Shown here: positions 26,184 through 35,879 of the stretch, piece after piece
How positions within the stretch are numbered: position 1 is the first letter of the stretch
Layout of the letters: every line of letters starts with the position of its first letter
Assembly (NCBI GenBank): GCA_964614705.1
Contig: CAZTPH010000001.1
Location: forward strand, 1 to 47,445
Reading direction: 5' to 3'
DNA length: 47,445 nt
Source: an uncultured Coxiellaceae bacterium
GTDB lineage: Bacteria > Pseudomonadota > Gammaproteobacteria > UBA9339
Position numbers and translations under genes: made by a program
The notes under the pieces: model-generated
The model's database searches: none
Told to the model about the DNA's origin: nothing
What the model saw: the letters and a program-made list of their open reading frames with translations, nothing else

Positions 26184-28493
26184 TTAATCAGCGGACTGCG
26201 CCAATACCTCTCTGCTCCCATTATTTTCCATTGGACCAACTAAACCAGCAGCCTCCATCGCTTCGACAATTCTAGCCGCGCGATTATAGCCAATTTTAAG
26301 CCGTCGTTGAATATTTGAGACTGAGGCCCTGCGAGATTCAAGAACTATACTTACTGCCTGATCATACAACGGATCTTTTTCCGCATCGGCAAATTCCTGG
26401 CTATTTTCATTATCGATTCCTACTATCGGACCCACACTACCATCGGTAATTTCATTTGAATATTCAGGCTCTCCTCGGCGTTTTAAATCTCCAACTACAC
26501 GATGAACTTCTTCATCTGCGACAAAGGCACCATGAATTCTTACCGGAATTCCTGATCCCGGCGGCAAATATAACATATCACCAAAACCAAGTAATTGCTC
26601 TGCACCGCCTTGGTCCAAAATAGTACGTGAATCTATCTTAGATGATACTTGAAACGCTATCCTGGTCGGAATATTGGCCTTAATTAACCCAGTAATTACA
26701 TCTACCGATGGGCGTTGCGTAGCTAAAATTAGATGAATACCTGCTGCTCGAGCTTTTTGCGCAATCCGCGCAATTAATTCTTCGACTTTTTTACCTACTA
26801 CCATCATCATGTCAGCATATTCATCAGCTAGCACAACGATATATGGCAATTCCTGTAGCTCTTTCGGTTCTTTTGAATCTTCATTTTGCCAAAATGGGTT
26901 AGCAAGAGGAGCTCCTTTACTATTTGCTTCTCTAACCTTGTGGTTATAACCAGAAATATTTCTAACTCCTAAAGTAGCCATTAAACGATAACGACGATCC
27001 ATTTCGGCCACACACCAACGAAAAGCGTTAATTGATTCCTTCATATCGGTAACTACTGGAGTCAAAAGGTGAGGAATATCTGCATACACCGATAATTCTA
27101 ACATCTTCGGATCAATTAAAATTAACCGCAACTCTTTGGCGGTATATTTGTACAATAGGCTTAAAAGTAAAGCATTAAGACATACCGACTTTCCAGACCC
27201 GGTGGTTCCAGCCACTAAAAGATGCGGCATTTTGGAAAGGTCCACAATTACCGGATAACCTGCAATATCTTTACCAAGCGCAAGCGCAAGAGGAGCGCGC
27301 GAACTCTCATATTGCTGGGATGAAAGAATTTCGCTAAGTCTTACTACTTCACGATTAATATTAGGAAGCTCTAAACCAATTACCGTCTTGCCAGGGATAA
27401 TTTCAACAATTCTAACACTTACCACCGAAAGAGAACGAGCCAGATCTTTAGCAAGTGCTGTAATTCTGCTGACTTTAGTACCAGCCGCTAGCTGTAATTC
27501 AAATCTGGTTACTACAGGACCAGGATGTACCGCAACTACTTGCGCTTCTATGCCAAAATCATTAAGACGCAACTCCACATTACGCGACATCTCCTCAAGT
27601 TCTTTGGCAGTATAATTGGCTCCTTGCGTTTGCTCCGGTTTATCCAATAACGAAAGGGGAGGTAAAGTAAAAATAAGATTATCATCTAGCAGATCTACCT
27701 GTCTTTCTTTAGCATCACGAACACTGCTTTTGATCATCGGGGGCTTGGAAATAATCGGAGCCGATTTAGCATTATCTGAAAAAATTTCAGCAGAGTTTTC
27801 TTTTACCAGCTTAGGCTCAAACTTTTGCTCCCTTTGCTTGGTTTTGGGTTCTCCTTGAGTAATTTGAATGATCTGCTCTCCAAGTAAATCAACGGCTCTA
27901 ACAGTTAATCTGCCCAACCTTTCCAGCACCCAGATCCAAGATATACCGCTAAAAATAGTAAAACCCACCATAAACAAAACTAGTAAAATTAGGTGGGCTC
28001 CGATTGGATTAAAAATATTAATCATCCCACTGCTAAAAAGACTGCCTAAAACACCACCGGCTCCAAACGGTAAGCTTGCCCCAATAAAGTATAGATCATT
28101 CAAGCTGCTACCAGAAAGCAACATGAGAAAAAAACCAAAGCTGCGTAGAATAAAAAATATTCTCGTGAGGGTATATTGCTGTTGATTCAAAAATGGGATC
28201 CAAGCAGCATAGATCAACATGAAGGGAAAGATATATGCTGTGTAACCAAAAAGGCATAAAAAGATGTCTGCAAGCCAAGCGCCAACATGACCTCCTATGT
28301 TAGCAATATGAATAGTAGTACCAGTTCTCGACCAACCTGGATCACTAGTATGATATGAGACAAGAGCAAGAAATAAAAATGTCGCCACCCCAACAGTTAA
28401 AACTAAAACTCCTTCGCGGATAATTCTATTTAATCTATCGTGACTTTTTAGCTCTTGTTTTTTATAGTTTGCTTGCAACTTTTTTGTCTCCAC
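26184..28493 (-). CDS. ftsK: DNA translocase FtsK
   Basis: N-terminal TM domain, linker, motor domain with Walker A GTTGSGKS, and a C-terminal gamma winged-helix ([21 protein letters not shown]). Confidence 0.97.
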   Translation of the reverse strand: METKKLQANYKKQELKSHDRLNRIIREGVLVLTVGVATFLFLALVSYHTSDPGWSRTGTTIHIANIGGHVGAWLADIFLCLFGYTAYIFPFMLIYAAWIPFLNQQQYTLTRIFFILRSFGFFLMLLSGSSLNDLYFIGASLPFGAGGVLGSLFSSGMINIFNPIGAHLILLVLFMVGFTIFSGISWIWVLERLGRLTVRAVDLLGEQIIQITQGEPKTKQREQKFEPKLVKENSAEIFSDNAKSAPIISKPPMIKSSVRDAKERQVDLLDDNLIFTLPPLSLLDKPEQTQGANYTAKELEEMSRNVELRLNDFGIEAQVVAVHPGPVVTRFELQLAAGTKVSRITALAKDLARSLSVVSVRIVEIIPGKTVIGLELPNINREVVRLSEILSSQQYESSRAPLALALGKDIAGYPVIVDLSKMPHLLVAGTTGSGKSVCLNALLLSLLYKYTAKELRLILIDPKMLELSVYADIPHLLTPVVTDMKESINAFRWCVAEMDRRYRLMATLGVRNISGYNHKVREANSKGAPLANPFWQNEDSKEPKELQELPYIVVLADEYADMMMVVGKKVEELIARIAQKARAAGIHLILATQRPSVDVITGLIKANIPTRIAFQVSSKIDSRTILDQGGAEQLLGFGDMLYLPPGSGIPVRIHGAFVADEEVHRVVGDLKRRGEPEYSNEITDGSVGPIVGIDNENSQEFADAEKDPLYDQAVSIVLESRRASVSNIQRRLKIGYNRAARIVEAMEAAGLVGPMENNGSREVLAQSAD

Positions 28494-28617
28494 ACTTAGC
28501 GTACAGATAGTAACAAATTATTTTACCCCTGTCATGGCTACTTGTTGCAAACGTGCTAACTCTGACTTTACCTTCAACCCTCTTTTAACTACAATTGGTT
28601 CTGGAGGATTCAAATTA

Positions 28618-29577
28618 ATGAAAAAAATTAACCATGATTTAATTATTTTAGGCTCTGGGCCCGCCGGTTGTACTGCTGCTATCTATACTGCCCGGGCTAA
28701 TCTAGATTTTGCTTTAATCACTGGATTTGAGCAAGGAGGGCAGATCACTAAAACCTCCAATATTGCCAATTGGCCTGGGGAGCCAAATGAAATTTCTGGT
28801 GCCATTTTGATGGAAAAGATGATGCAGCAGGTGGCTAAATTTACCGACAATATCTTTCAAGACGAGATTACTCAAGCCAATTTGTCCGTTTATCCCTTTT
28901 CTCTCAAAAGCGATAACCATGAGTATTTTTGTAAATCATTAATAATTGCTACCGGCGCTTCGCCGCGTTTTTTAGGAGTAGCTAAAGAACAGGAATACCT
29001 GGGGCGCGGAGTATCAACTTGCGCAGTTTGTGACGGATTTTTTTATAAGGGAAAAGATGTGGCTATTGTAGGTGGCGGCAATACCATGGCTGAAGAAGCC
29101 CTTTATTTAGCTAAGATGGCTCGTTCAGTTACCATTATTCATCGTCGCGACTCATTTCGTGCCGAAGAATGGCTAGTAGAACAATTAAAAAAGACCCCCA
29201 ATGTCAAATTTGAACTGGTATCTGTAATTGAGGATATTATAGGAAACGCCAGCGGGGTTGCTGGGCTAGTGTTGAAAAATTTAACCACCAATTCTGTAAA
29301 AGAGATCGCTATCGATGGATTATTCATTGCTGTTGGTCATATTCCGAACAGTAAAATATTTGCTAACCAATTAGAATTAGAAGAAGACTTTATTAAAACT
29401 GGCTATCTGTTAGCAAGTCAGTGCAGCGTTGCTGGAGTCTTTGCCGCCGGAGATGTGGTATTTAATCATCACCGACAAGCGATAGTTGCTGCTGGTTCTG
29501 GTTGCACTGCAGCTTTGGATGCCAAAAATTTCTTGGGTTCTTTGATTAGAGCCTCTGCGAAACCAAAAATTTTGTGA
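28618..29577 (+). CDS. trxB: thioredoxin-disulfide reductase
   Basis: GSGPAG FAD motif, redox-active CAVCDG and GGGNTMAEEA NADPH motif. A GGAGGA Shine-Dalgarno lies 8 nt before ATG 28618. The ORF-track extension to 28534 is rejected. Confidence 0.93.
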   Translation: MKKINHDLIILGSGPAGCTAAIYTARANLDFALITGFEQGGQITKTSNIANWPGEPNEISGAILMEKMMQQVAKFTDNIFQDEITQANLSVYPFSLKSDNHEYFCKSLIIATGASPRFLGVAKEQEYLGRGVSTCAVCDGFFYKGKDVAIVGGGNTMAEEALYLAKMARSVTIIHRRDSFRAEEWLVEQLKKTPNVKFELVSVIEDIIGNASGVAGLVLKNLTTNSVKEIAIDGLFIAVGHIPNSKIFANQLELEEDFIKTGYLLASQCSVAGVFAAGDVVFNHHRQAIVAAGSGCTAALDAKNFLGSLIRASAKPKIL

Positions 29578-29766
29578 TAGTTATTTTTGCATACCTATCT
29601 CAAAAGTAGCTGTAACATGGCTTTGTTCTGCGTCAAGCCGCTACTATGGGTATTCTGTGCTCTAATTGCGGTGCCCTACAGGGCGCGGAAATGTGAAGGG
29701 CATTTCGTACCATGGTTCAGTCACCCCGAGTAGATAGTTATTAGACTCCTTCAGAGTGTTCCAGCT

Positions 29767-29814
29767 ACTATATGGCAAATATCGTAAAAGAACTGTTGTG
29801 AGGTTTTTGGGAGT
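29767..29814 (+). repeat. 48-bp perfect direct repeat, copy 1
   Basis: actatatggcaaatatcgtaaaagaactgttgtgaggtttttgggagt is identical to 30002-30049. Confidence 0.95.
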
Positions 29815-29851
29815 TGGTTTGCTGAAATCAAATTTTTAGCAAGCACTTTTC

Positions 29852-29945
29852 CTAGAGTGGTTACGTTTTAACGGCAACAGGCTTCCTGCCTTCCTGCTCC
29901 TTGCCATCCCTGGCCCGCGGGTGCCTAAAAACGTAACCACCCTAG
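29852..29945. repeat. 18-bp inverted repeat (17/18) enclosing a 58-nt GC-rich loop
   Basis: ctagagtggttacgtttt (29852-29869) pairs with aaaacgtaaccaccctag (29928-29945). The enclosed segment ggcaacaggcttcctgccttcctgctccttgccatccctggcccgcgggtgcc is far more GC-rich than the surrounding sequence. Confidence 0.85.
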
Positions 29946-30001
29946 GTGGTGGTGCTCTATAGCGATTATTTTAGGCTTGTTTTTTAGTTTTCAGCATCCC
30001 C

Positions 30002-30049
30002 ACTATATGGCAAATATCGTAAAAGAACTGTTGTGAGGTTTTTGGGAGT
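30002..30049 (+). repeat. 48-bp perfect direct repeat, copy 2
   Basis: Identical to 29767-29814, with a period of 235 bp. Confidence 0.95.
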
Positions 30050-30059
30050 GATTCCAAAT

Positions 30060-30175
30060 TAAAACGTCCCGAAAGGGACTTTATATTTATAGCCTAGGGT
30101 GACCTAGCCACAAAGTGGCGATGGGAACCCTAGGAAAATGATTGCCCAAAAATCAGCGCCCTGAAAGAGGCGCAA
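30060..30175. other. cluster of short GC-rich hairpins with GAAA/AAA loops (candidate structured RNA or element remnant)
   Basis: gtccc-gaaa-gggac (30066-30079). cctaggg...ccctagg (30093-30134) encloses gccac-aaa-gtggc (30107-30119). gcgcc-ctgaaaga-ggcgc (30156-30173) is followed, on the minus strand, by tgattttt. Confidence 0.4.
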
Positions 30176-30405
30176 TATTATGCTGAGTTGAGTAGTTACT
30201 AATTTCGTTAATTAACTCGGCTTACTTTATCATATATTTACTTATGAATTTTTAACTGATGATCTATGGCAATATCTAAGGATATAAAGTTGAAAAAAAT
30301 CACTTACCCCGGTATTGAAAAAAATATTTATTTCCTGAATGATGTTATTTGAAGCTTGATTAGCTTCTAAAGAGAAATTCATGTTAACAATCAAAAGGAG
30401 GCAAG

Positions 30406-30651
30406 ATGAATAATAATACTTCTTCAATAATCAGGCCGGCCGTCCTAAGTCAAGATGAGATTTATTTTGTGTTTGGTGGTGAGTGCAACAATTCTGTTAG
30501 TTACTCAAAGGATACTTGGCTGCATATACTAGCGGCATTAACTGTTAGTACAGCAACCCTAGCAATAATTATCTGGTCATATCATGTGGGACAAAAAATA
30601 CCCAAAGACCTCCAGGTTGACATTAGTCACAAGGGTCAATTTTACCTCTGA
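30406..30651 (+). CDS. double-glycine-leader peptide precursor with a hydrophobic mature domain (81 aa)
   Basis: AAGGAGG Shine-Dalgarno. The leader MNNNTSSIIRPAVLSQDEIYFVFGG has L(-12) S(-11) E(-8) I(-7) V(-4) G(-2) G(-1). The 56-aa mature part has one hydrophobic helix (ILAALTVSTATLAIIIW). Confidence 0.65.
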   Translation: MNNNTSSIIRPAVLSQDEIYFVFGGECNNSVSYSKDTWLHILAALTVSTATLAIIIWSYHVGQKIPKDLQVDISHKGQFYL

Positions 30652-30732
30652 CTGATATTTTCGAGCTAGATTTTATTGTGGCATGACTTCGAGAGTAAGG
30701 AAAGTTCATATTAACAATAACAAGGTGACAAG

Positions 30733-31078
30733 ATGAATAATAATTCTTCAATAATCAAAGTAACCACCCTAAGTTAGGATGAGATTTATTTTGTGTCTGG
30801 CGGTGGTGAAGATGACGGCTCCAGCGGTTGCTCAACTAATTACTTGGCTAGCAGTAGTTGGTGTATTAGCTGTTGGTGTAGCAACACTAGCAATTACCGT
30901 ATGGTCGTGTTATGTAGGGCAACATGCTCCAAGAGATACGCTTATCAGACTCTATAGGGGTGGTAATCTAGTTACCTCGGAAATTACCAATCAACACCTG
31001 CATCGAGCTGGATTTTGTGGGGTTATAAGCATATGGTTTCTTCTTGGGGGCATAGGTGGTGTAACAAGCTGTTTATAG
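30733..31078 (+). pseudogene. tandem paralog of the 30406 peptide gene, disrupted by an in-frame TAG and a +1 frameshift
   Basis: The upstream region and leader are homologous (MNNNSSIIKVTTLS*DEIYFVSGG, TAG at 30775-30777). The helix homolog LAVGVATLAITVWSCYVGQHAPRD (14/24 identical to copy 1) lies in the +1 frame, which is the track ORF 30779-31078. Confidence 0.6.
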
Positions 31079-31152
31079 TTAGACTAACCGCAAGATGGTA
31101 AATATCCTAAAGATAGTGACACCTGGGGTTTTCAGAGCTAGAATTTTGCTTA

Positions 31153-31710
31153 ATGATAAAACTAATTGTTCTCGATCGTGATGGGGTAATCAACGAAGAT
31201 TCGCCAGATTATATTAGGTCGCCTGATTCTTGGCAGCCTATTCCTGGCAGTATGCAAGCAATTGCTAAACTAAAAGCTTACGGATATAAAATAGCAGTTG
31301 CCACTAACCAATCTGGAATTGCCAGAGGTTACTTTACTCTTGAAACTTTAAAGGCTATCCACGATAAGATGTTGCTGGAAATTAGAGCAGCCCTTGGCGA
31401 CATCGATGAAATTTTCATCTGCCCCCACGGACCAGATGATAACTGTAGTTGCCGCAAACCCAAAACTGGTCTATTGGTACAAGCTGCCCAGAAATTCCAG
31501 ATTTCTCCAGCAGAGATGTTAGTAATAGGAGATTCATGGCGTGATATCGAAGCAGCAAGAAGCTTCGGTGCTAACGCTATCTTTGTTTTTTCCTCAGGTA
31601 AAACTGCCGATAAATTAAAAGCAGAGCAACTAAAAATCCCAGTTTATAATAATCTATTGTTAGCTGTGGAAGACTTTTGTCAGCATAGACAAATTTTGAA
31701 TCTAGCATGA
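31153..31710 (+). CDS. gmhB: D-glycero-beta-D-manno-heptose 1,7-bisphosphate 7-phosphatase
   Basis: HAD motif LDRDGVIN, TNQSG, and the zinc-binding CPHGPDDNCSCRKP insert typical of GmhB. Confidence 0.9.
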   Translation: MIKLIVLDRDGVINEDSPDYIRSPDSWQPIPGSMQAIAKLKAYGYKIAVATNQSGIARGYFTLETLKAIHDKMLLEIRAALGDIDEIFICPHGPDDNCSCRKPKTGLLVQAAQKFQISPAEMLVIGDSWRDIEAARSFGANAIFVFSSGKTADKLKAEQLKIPVYNNLLLAVEDFCQHRQILNLA

Positions 31711-31746
31711 CGAACTCTAATGGCGAATTAGAAAGTCTTCATCAGA

Positions 31747-33672
31747 TTAAAAATTGATTACCCTTACAACTGCTCCAGCTATTAAGATAGCTAATGCTAT
31801 CTTTAAGATGGTTATTGCAAGCGCCTTTTTCCAGCCGAACTCATGATAAAGAGCTGCAATCGTAGCGGCGCAGGGAATATAAAGCATGCTTACTATCGCA
31901 AGAGTTATAATTTGGCTTTTGGTCAAAACCAGCGCAAAATCTGTAGTACCAACTAAAGTTGCAAGCATCACCAGGATCAGCTCTTTTCGCAAAATCCCAA
32001 AGATTAATAGTACACCAGTAATAGCCGGCAATCTTAACCATGCTACAGTTACTAGAGCAAAAAAATTATTAATCGTTCCAAAAAAAGTGGTGCTAAGCGC
32101 TCCTTCAATTAAGATGCCTGAAATTATTACGATTGGTGCAGCAATATAGATAAACTCCCTTAATCTAATCCAGGTTTGCATCAGTATCGTTTTAAAATTG
32201 GGGGTTTTATAACTTGGCATTCTCATAATTAGTTCTGTTGGTTCTCCAGGCGCCAAAATTGAGGCAATTTTGCCAATAATAAAAATCAAAATGAATAAGG
32301 CAAGATAAAGGATCACAGCTGTGCCTGCTCCCAAAAATCTGCCTACCAATCCTGCAACTACGACAGTAACTGCGCTGCATGGCATAAAAACCGCGATCAA
32401 ACCGGTAATAAATCGTTCACGCTCGGTTTCCATGATTCTGCATCCAAGGCAAGCAGGAACATTACAACCAAATCCCAGAACTAGTGGCATGCACGCTTTA
32501 CCGTGAATCCCCATCTTATGCATAAAGTGATCCATCAGATATGCTATTCTTGCTAAATACCCGCAGTCTTCTAAGATGAATAACAAAAAATAAAAGGGCA
32601 AAATATAAGGAAAAGCAATCTCTACTAGCGCAAAAAAACTAGCCAAACCGCCCCAGAATATTTTTGCTATCCAAGATTGTCCAAATAGCTCCTGGTAGTA
32701 ACCTTGAGTACCCAAAAAAATCTGGTGCAAAAGTTCGGCAAGATATCCTCCGCCTTTGAATACTATCAGAAAAATCATTCCCAAAATAAATAACATAATG
32801 GGATAGCCGATAATTTTATGGGCAGTAATGTTTTCCAAAAATTCTTTGGTTTTATCAGTCTTTTTTCGATCAAAAATAACCGATTCTTTAGCAATTCTTG
32901 AGGCTAAAATAGAACGCTCGTCTGCAATCACTACTGAGGCATCATGGCCATGAATTTGCTCAAGCTCACTAATTAAAGTAGTTGCTAAATTTATTACCTC
33001 GGGATCTTGATCTAATACTACTGAGGTCACTTGCTCATCTTTTTCTAGCAGCTTTATTGCGATAAAGCGCTTAGGATATGCATAATTTTTGTGATTTAAC
33101 TCTTTTACAATTCTGGTGATTCTTTCCTCTACCTCTTGACCATATTGTAAATTAGGCTTTACTAATGGTAGCTGAATAGTTAATGCAATACCTTGATCTA
33201 AAATTTCGGCAATTCCCATACCGGTGGTGGCAGTTACCGGAACCACGGGAATTTGCAAACTTTTGGCGATATGGTCATAATCAATTTTAAGTCCTTTTTT
33301 GTGGGCTAGATCAATCATATTTAAGGCCAGTACCACTGGCTTTTCTAGTTCTAATAGCTGTAGGAATAAAATTAGATTAGTTTCGAGATTGGTAGCATCG
33401 ACCACGCTTACTATGAAATCTGGGGTTTCAAAGATAATATAATCTCTGGTAATAGTCTCTTCAATCGAATAAGAAGATAAAGAGTATATTCCAGGCAGAT
33501 CTAAAACATCTATCGTATAGCCATTATAATGGAGGGTGCCTTCAGCTCGCTCAACGGTTTTTCCAGGCCAATTACCTATATGTTGATGCAAACCAGTTAA
33601 ATGGTTAAAAATCACCGATTTGCCAACGTTGGCATAACCGGCAAGGGCTAGATTAATTTTGGGCTCTGTCAT
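31747..33672 (-). CDS. feoB: ferrous iron transporter FeoB
   Basis: N-terminal G domain (GYANVGKS, DLPG) followed by a polytopic membrane domain. It overlaps feoA by 4 nt. Confidence 0.93.
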   Translation of the reverse strand: MTEPKINLALAGYANVGKSVIFNHLTGLHQHIGNWPGKTVERAEGTLHYNGYTIDVLDLPGIYSLSSYSIEETITRDYIIFETPDFIVSVVDATNLETNLILFLQLLELEKPVVLALNMIDLAHKKGLKIDYDHIAKSLQIPVVPVTATTGMGIAEILDQGIALTIQLPLVKPNLQYGQEVEERITRIVKELNHKNYAYPKRFIAIKLLEKDEQVTSVVLDQDPEVINLATTLISELEQIHGHDASVVIADERSILASRIAKESVIFDRKKTDKTKEFLENITAHKIIGYPIMLFILGMIFLIVFKGGGYLAELLHQIFLGTQGYYQELFGQSWIAKIFWGGLASFFALVEIAFPYILPFYFLLFILEDCGYLARIAYLMDHFMHKMGIHGKACMPLVLGFGCNVPACLGCRIMETERERFITGLIAVFMPCSAVTVVVAGLVGRFLGAGTAVILYLALFILIFIIGKIASILAPGEPTELIMRMPSYKTPNFKTILMQTWIRLREFIYIAAPIVIISGILIEGALSTTFFGTINNFFALVTVAWLRLPAITGVLLIFGILRKELILVMLATLVGTTDFALVLTKSQIITLAIVSMLYIPCAATIAALYHEFGWKKALAITILKIALAILIAGAVVRVINF

Positions 33673-33920
33673 GGTCTAGTTACCAAAATTTTAGCTGCAA
33701 GCCCCTTTCCAAGCACTAAATTTGTTCCTTTGGCTTTAATTTCTACTGGGCCACCAAAGATCGCTTTTCTAATGAGTTGTACCTTGGTGTTAGGCGTTAA
33801 ACCAAGATCAGCCAATCTTTTGATAGATTTATGGCAGCCGCCAATCTTAATAATTGTAGCTTCCTGACATTCTCTTAATTTAGTTATCTCAATTATATCT
33901 GGTTTATCTTTTGTGTTCAT
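33669..33920 (-). CDS. feoA: ferrous iron transport protein FeoA
   Basis: 83-aa SH3-like FeoA pattern (L.....G....I..I.G.....RL..LGL..G..V) directly upstream of feoB. Confidence 0.85.
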   Translation of the reverse strand: MNTKDKPDIIEITKLRECQEATIIKIGGCHKSIKRLADLGLTPNTKVQLIRKAIFGGPVEIKAKGTNLVLGKGLAAKILVTRP

Positions 33921-33923
33921 GGC

Positions 33924-33942
33924 GAACTATTTATCATTACAA
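33924..33942 (-). promoter_or_regulatory. weak Fur-box-like sequence immediately upstream of feoA
   Basis: The minus strand reads ttgtaatgataaatagttc and contains the TAATGATAA core of GATAATGATAATCATTATC (about 11/19). It sits only 3 nt from the start codon, which is atypical. Confidence 0.25.
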
Positions 33943-33991
33943 TATTCTATATAAGTTTGACACCTGACTAACGATTTTCTATGCTACCTCC

Positions 33992-35671
33992 ATGACAGAC
34001 AATAACATAACTAGCAAAAACTTCATCTATAATATAATCGATAACGATCTTAAAACTGGCAAAAATGGCTCACGGGTAGCTACGCGCTTTCCGCCGGAAC
34101 CAAATGGCTATCTTCATATTGGTCATGCAAAATCTATCTGTCTTAATTTCGGGATTGCTCGTGATTACCAGGGTAGTTGTAATTTAAGATTTGACGATAC
34201 CAATCCAGTTACGGAAGAAGAGGAGTATATTCATGCTATTATCGACGCAGTAAAATGGTTAGGATTTGATTGGCATGGTAATATGTTTTACGCCTCAGAT
34301 TATTTTGATGCATTATTTGAATGTGCAATAAAACTAATTAAAGCGGGCAAAGCATATGTTTGTGATTTAACGCAAGATGAAATTCGCGCTAGTCGCGGAA
34401 CTTTAACTGCGCCTGGTAAAAACAGCCCCTATCGCGAGCGTGCGATAGCAGAAAATCTTGATCTATTTGATCGGATGCGTAGTGGGGAATTTGCAGACGG
34501 TGCTAAGGTGTTGCGGGCCAAAATTGATATGAGTTCGCCCAATCTTAATTTGAGAGATCCGGTAATCTATAGAGTGCGTCATGAGTCTCATCCAAAAACA
34601 AAAGACCAGTGGTGTATCTACCCCATGTATGATTATGCGCACTGTGTCTCTGATGCGCTAGAACAAATTACTCATTCGCTTTGTACTTTAGAATTTGAAG
34701 ATCATCGTCCGCTATATGATTGGTTTTTAGATCAACTCCCAGAGCTTAATCATCCCAAGCAGATAGAATTTGCCCGCTTAAATTTAACCTATACGGTAAT
34801 GAGCAAGCGCAAGTTATTGGAGTTAGTGGAAAATAATCTAGTTGATGGCTGGGATGATCCGCGTTTACCAACCTTGCTTGGAATTAAGCGACGGGGATTT
34901 ACTAGCCAATCTATTCGTAATTTTTGTGACAAAATTGGAGTTACTAAACAAGAAAGTATTATAGAGATGAGTTATCTAGAGGAATGCCTCAGAGAAGATT
35001 TAAATGTAATTGCCAAAAGAGTAATGGCAGTTTTAAATCCACTTAAAATTGTACTTACCAATTTTGCGCCAGACGAAGTTGACTATTTAGATGCGCCTAA
35101 TCATCCCAGTAACCCTGAAATGGGGTTACGTCGAGTAGCATTTTCTCGCGAAATCTATATTGAACGCGATGATTTTATGGAAGATGCTCCGAAAGATTTT
35201 TTTAGATTAAAGCCAGGGCAAGAAGTTAGACTGCGTTACGCTTATATTATTAAGTGTGAGCAGGTAATAAAAGATAGTGATGGCAAGGTCATAGAATTAC
35301 ATTGTAGCTACGATCCTGCTTCACGTGGTGGCAATGCTCAAGATGGGCGTAAAGTTAAAGGTACTATTCACTGGGTATCAGAAAAATTTGCACTTATTGC
35401 TGAAGTTAGGTTATATGATCGTCTCTTTACCGTACCTAATCCTAATCATAATAAAGAAATTGATTTTAAAACCTATTTAAATCCCAAGTCGCTTATCGTT
35501 TTAACCAATTGCTTAGTGGAAGGATCGTTAGCCAAGGTAAAACAGATGGAAATTTTTCAATTTGAACGCTTGGGGTATTTTGTGGTTGATTATGACTCTC
35601 AGCCTGAGAGATTAATTTTTAATCGAACTGTAACGCTTAAAGATAGTTGGGCTAAGATAGCTGGGTTATAG
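33992..35671 (+). CDS. glnS: glutamine--tRNA ligase
   Basis: HIGH (LHIGHAKS) and KMSKS-like (VMSKR) motifs, 559 aa, collinear with E. coli GlnRS. Confidence 0.97.
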   Translation: MTDNNITSKNFIYNIIDNDLKTGKNGSRVATRFPPEPNGYLHIGHAKSICLNFGIARDYQGSCNLRFDDTNPVTEEEEYIHAIIDAVKWLGFDWHGNMFYASDYFDALFECAIKLIKAGKAYVCDLTQDEIRASRGTLTAPGKNSPYRERAIAENLDLFDRMRSGEFADGAKVLRAKIDMSSPNLNLRDPVIYRVRHESHPKTKDQWCIYPMYDYAHCVSDALEQITHSLCTLEFEDHRPLYDWFLDQLPELNHPKQIEFARLNLTYTVMSKRKLLELVENNLVDGWDDPRLPTLLGIKRRGFTSQSIRNFCDKIGVTKQESIIEMSYLEECLREDLNVIAKRVMAVLNPLKIVLTNFAPDEVDYLDAPNHPSNPEMGLRRVAFSREIYIERDDFMEDAPKDFFRLKPGQEVRLRYAYIIKCEQVIKDSDGKVIELHCSYDPASRGGNAQDGRKVKGTIHWVSEKFALIAEVRLYDRLFTVPNPNHNKEIDFKTYLNPKSLIVLTNCLVEGSLAKVKQMEIFQFERLGYFVVDYDSQPERLIFNRTVTLKDSWAKIAGL

Positions 35672-35850
35672 CGGTTCTCTTTATGGTTGATACATTTATA
35701 GCTGCGTCTAAAGACCGCTGGCTGCGTTGAAGAATGCAAAAAAATGCTCATTTAAGCATGGCTAAACTCCGATTTTTTTGTATTCTTTGCCTTGCCAGTC
35801 GGTCATTATACTTGCTCTAAAATATATCAACCATAAAGAGAACCACTATA
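35667..35850. repeat. 184-bp imperfect palindromic (MITE-like) element overlapping the glnS stop codon
   Basis: The terminal arms tatagcggttctctttatggttgata (35667-35692) and tatcaaccataaagagaaccactata (35825-35850) are 25/26 complementary. Interior segments (gaccgctggc.. / ..gccagtcggtc, gaagaatgcaaaaaaa / tttttttgtattcttt) are also partly complementary. Confidence 0.8.
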
Positions 35851-35879
35851 AAATAATTATATTCTTAGAGAAAGAGATC

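Noticed and set aside
28534-28617. N-terminal extensions given by the ORF track: trxB from 28534, skp from 13141, the OMP from 11346, recX to 40700, sufD from 43125, and the aminotransferase from 1509.
   Set aside because: In each case an internal ATG has a better Shine-Dalgarno. It also restores the canonical N-terminus or signal peptide and removes overlap with the neighbouring gene.
29767-30049. I considered whether the identical 48-bp repeats could be a CRISPR array.
   Set aside because: There are only two copies. The 187-bp spacer is far too long and contains its own long hairpin. No cas genes are in the window.
30242-30427. 61-aa minus-strand ORF antisense to the start of the 30406 peptide gene.
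   Set aside because: It has a TTG start without a Shine-Dalgarno and its composition looks like AT-rich noise. It overlaps the well-formed Shine-Dalgarno and start of the plus-strand peptide gene. The minus-strand terminator-like hairpin at 30143-30173 keeps a small doubt alive.
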